Below the pieces are notes generated by a model, which saw nothing but the letters and a program-made list of their open reading frames with translations, was not told the origin of the DNA and did not search any database. The position numbers were made by a program, and so were the translations under genes. A stretch of 64,000 nt of DNA, taken from positions 62,001 through 126,000 of the forward strand of contig CBFFRP010000148.1 of the NCBI GenBank assembly GCA_965644295.1. Reading direction: 5' to 3'. Positions 62,801 through 64,000 of the stretch are shown piece by piece. The DNA is from Paraphysomonas bandaiensis. Taxonomy: Eukaryota; Protista; Chrysophyceae. Position 1 is the stretch's first letter, and each line of letters starts with the position of its first letter.

Positions 62801-64000
62801 TGATTACTCGTATTCGCCACATCATGGTGAGCGGGAGGCACTGGCCATGCGAAATTGCTCGGCGCCGGAGATTCACTGGGTCTAATAGGCGAGACTCTAT
62901 TTTGACTTTTATCTTCGTCATGACAATGTTGTGCTTGCTCCATGCGATCTCTAGATTCAGATATCCAATTTGAGGCATCTAGATCATCAGCAGAAAGCCC
63001 CATCGGATTGCGAGTAGGTTTAGGCGAGACAGCAGTCTACATGCGATGCGTATGACAAACACTTCATACAGATAGAACTAACGTATACCTGGGTGGGAAG
63101 AGGATGAGTGTGGTAACTATCGCGGTACTCGCTATGGCAATTAGTGTACTTAAGAGGGGCACGTGTAGGTGCTAAAAAAATCACGATTAAGTTTATAAGG
63201 TAACCATCAGAAAAGGTAAACAACCATTCGCCACTGATAAAACTTACCCTCGGGTGTTGGCCATGCAAAATTATTAGGTGAAGTCACGCACACTTGCGAC
63301 GCTAATCCAGCCGTTGGACCTTCACTCGATGACAGACAGTTCTGTGTGGCTTGCTCCATTTGGTCTTTTGCTTCTGATTTCCAATTTCTAACATTGCTAT
63401 GCGTTGTTGATACTTCAAACGGGTTGGTATCTTCCCGTGCAAGTGATTTTGCCTATGTATAGCTCAACTTAATACAATAACAAAACTGAATGAGGCAACC
63501 TTTGACAGCACCCATGCATGGTAGTTGTCCCTGTACTCCGTATGACAATCTTTGAAATCAAGTTCCCGTTTATCCGTAGCTGCAGGAAAAATTAGAAATT
63601 ATACAAACAAAATCACAAAAATTCACACCTTCGGGGACAGGCCATGCGAAGTTCGAAGGACGGGGACCTTCCAAGATATCCGCAGATGATGGATTCCCAG
63701 CAACTCTTCCATCATCTTCACCACAAGCCGCTGCTTGAGCAGCCTCTTCCATCGCCTCCTTTGCGAACGTCTTCCATTTCGAACTGTCCAAGGCATCTGC
63801 AGACAGGCCGAGAGGATTTGTAGAATCTTTGCGCACAATTCGAGCGGGCTGCGTCACATATTTAGCTTCAATTCTCACAAATATCCATACTAATATAACA
63901 ACATCGTGGGGGGGGGACTGCTACATTTACGTACCTCAGCCAAGGGCCAAGCATGGTAGCTGTCGTGAGTTTCCGTGTGTGTCTGACTCAAATCAAGGGG
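59866..64000 (-). CDS. 3' part of a multi-exon repeat protein with MDM1/SAXO (Mn-like) microtubule-binding-type motifs
   Basis: Recurrent [TS]EYxDx[YF]xxW motifs: FQGKSEYQDNF, GKSEYDDKYKQWP, HTEYRDSYISW, TEHRRSYVWP and terminal WTTETRRSYTWKR*. Also repeated NFAWP. The start lies beyond the window. Confidence 0.7.

Overview
Gene-dense eukaryotic (protist) DNA with short GT-AG introns, mostly about 30-60 nt. Gene content is compatible with a flagellated stramenopile, but that is inference. Recognisable genes: two tandem F-box/29-aa ankyrin-like repeat genes, OGFOD1/Tpa1, a large EF-hand/FN3 protein, VPS35L, GH20 beta-hexosaminidase, a TDRD3/RMI1-type OB-fold protein, an RluA pseudouridine-synthase pseudogene, an IP3-receptor-like channel, a myristoylated tandem discoidin-like protein, a DH-PH-FYVE-villin-headpiece RhoGEF, a GH95 alpha-fucosidase and an MDM1/SAXO-like repeat protein. 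Mobile DNA: hAT remnants and MITEs, and a decayed copia element. Two features stand out. (1) The F-box-ankyrin paralogues have near-identical N-termini and near-invariant 87-nt repeat scaffolds, but reshuffled variation concentrated at predicted binding-surface codons; this is a candidate diversifying ubiquitin-ligase adaptor system. (2) A stereotyped promoter architecture: (TATG)n/(CATA)n arrays, ~150-bp A-tract or MITE-like cores and AT-rich 5' coding ends at divergent gene pairs. All coordinates, counts and family assignments were made by eye, without database searches.
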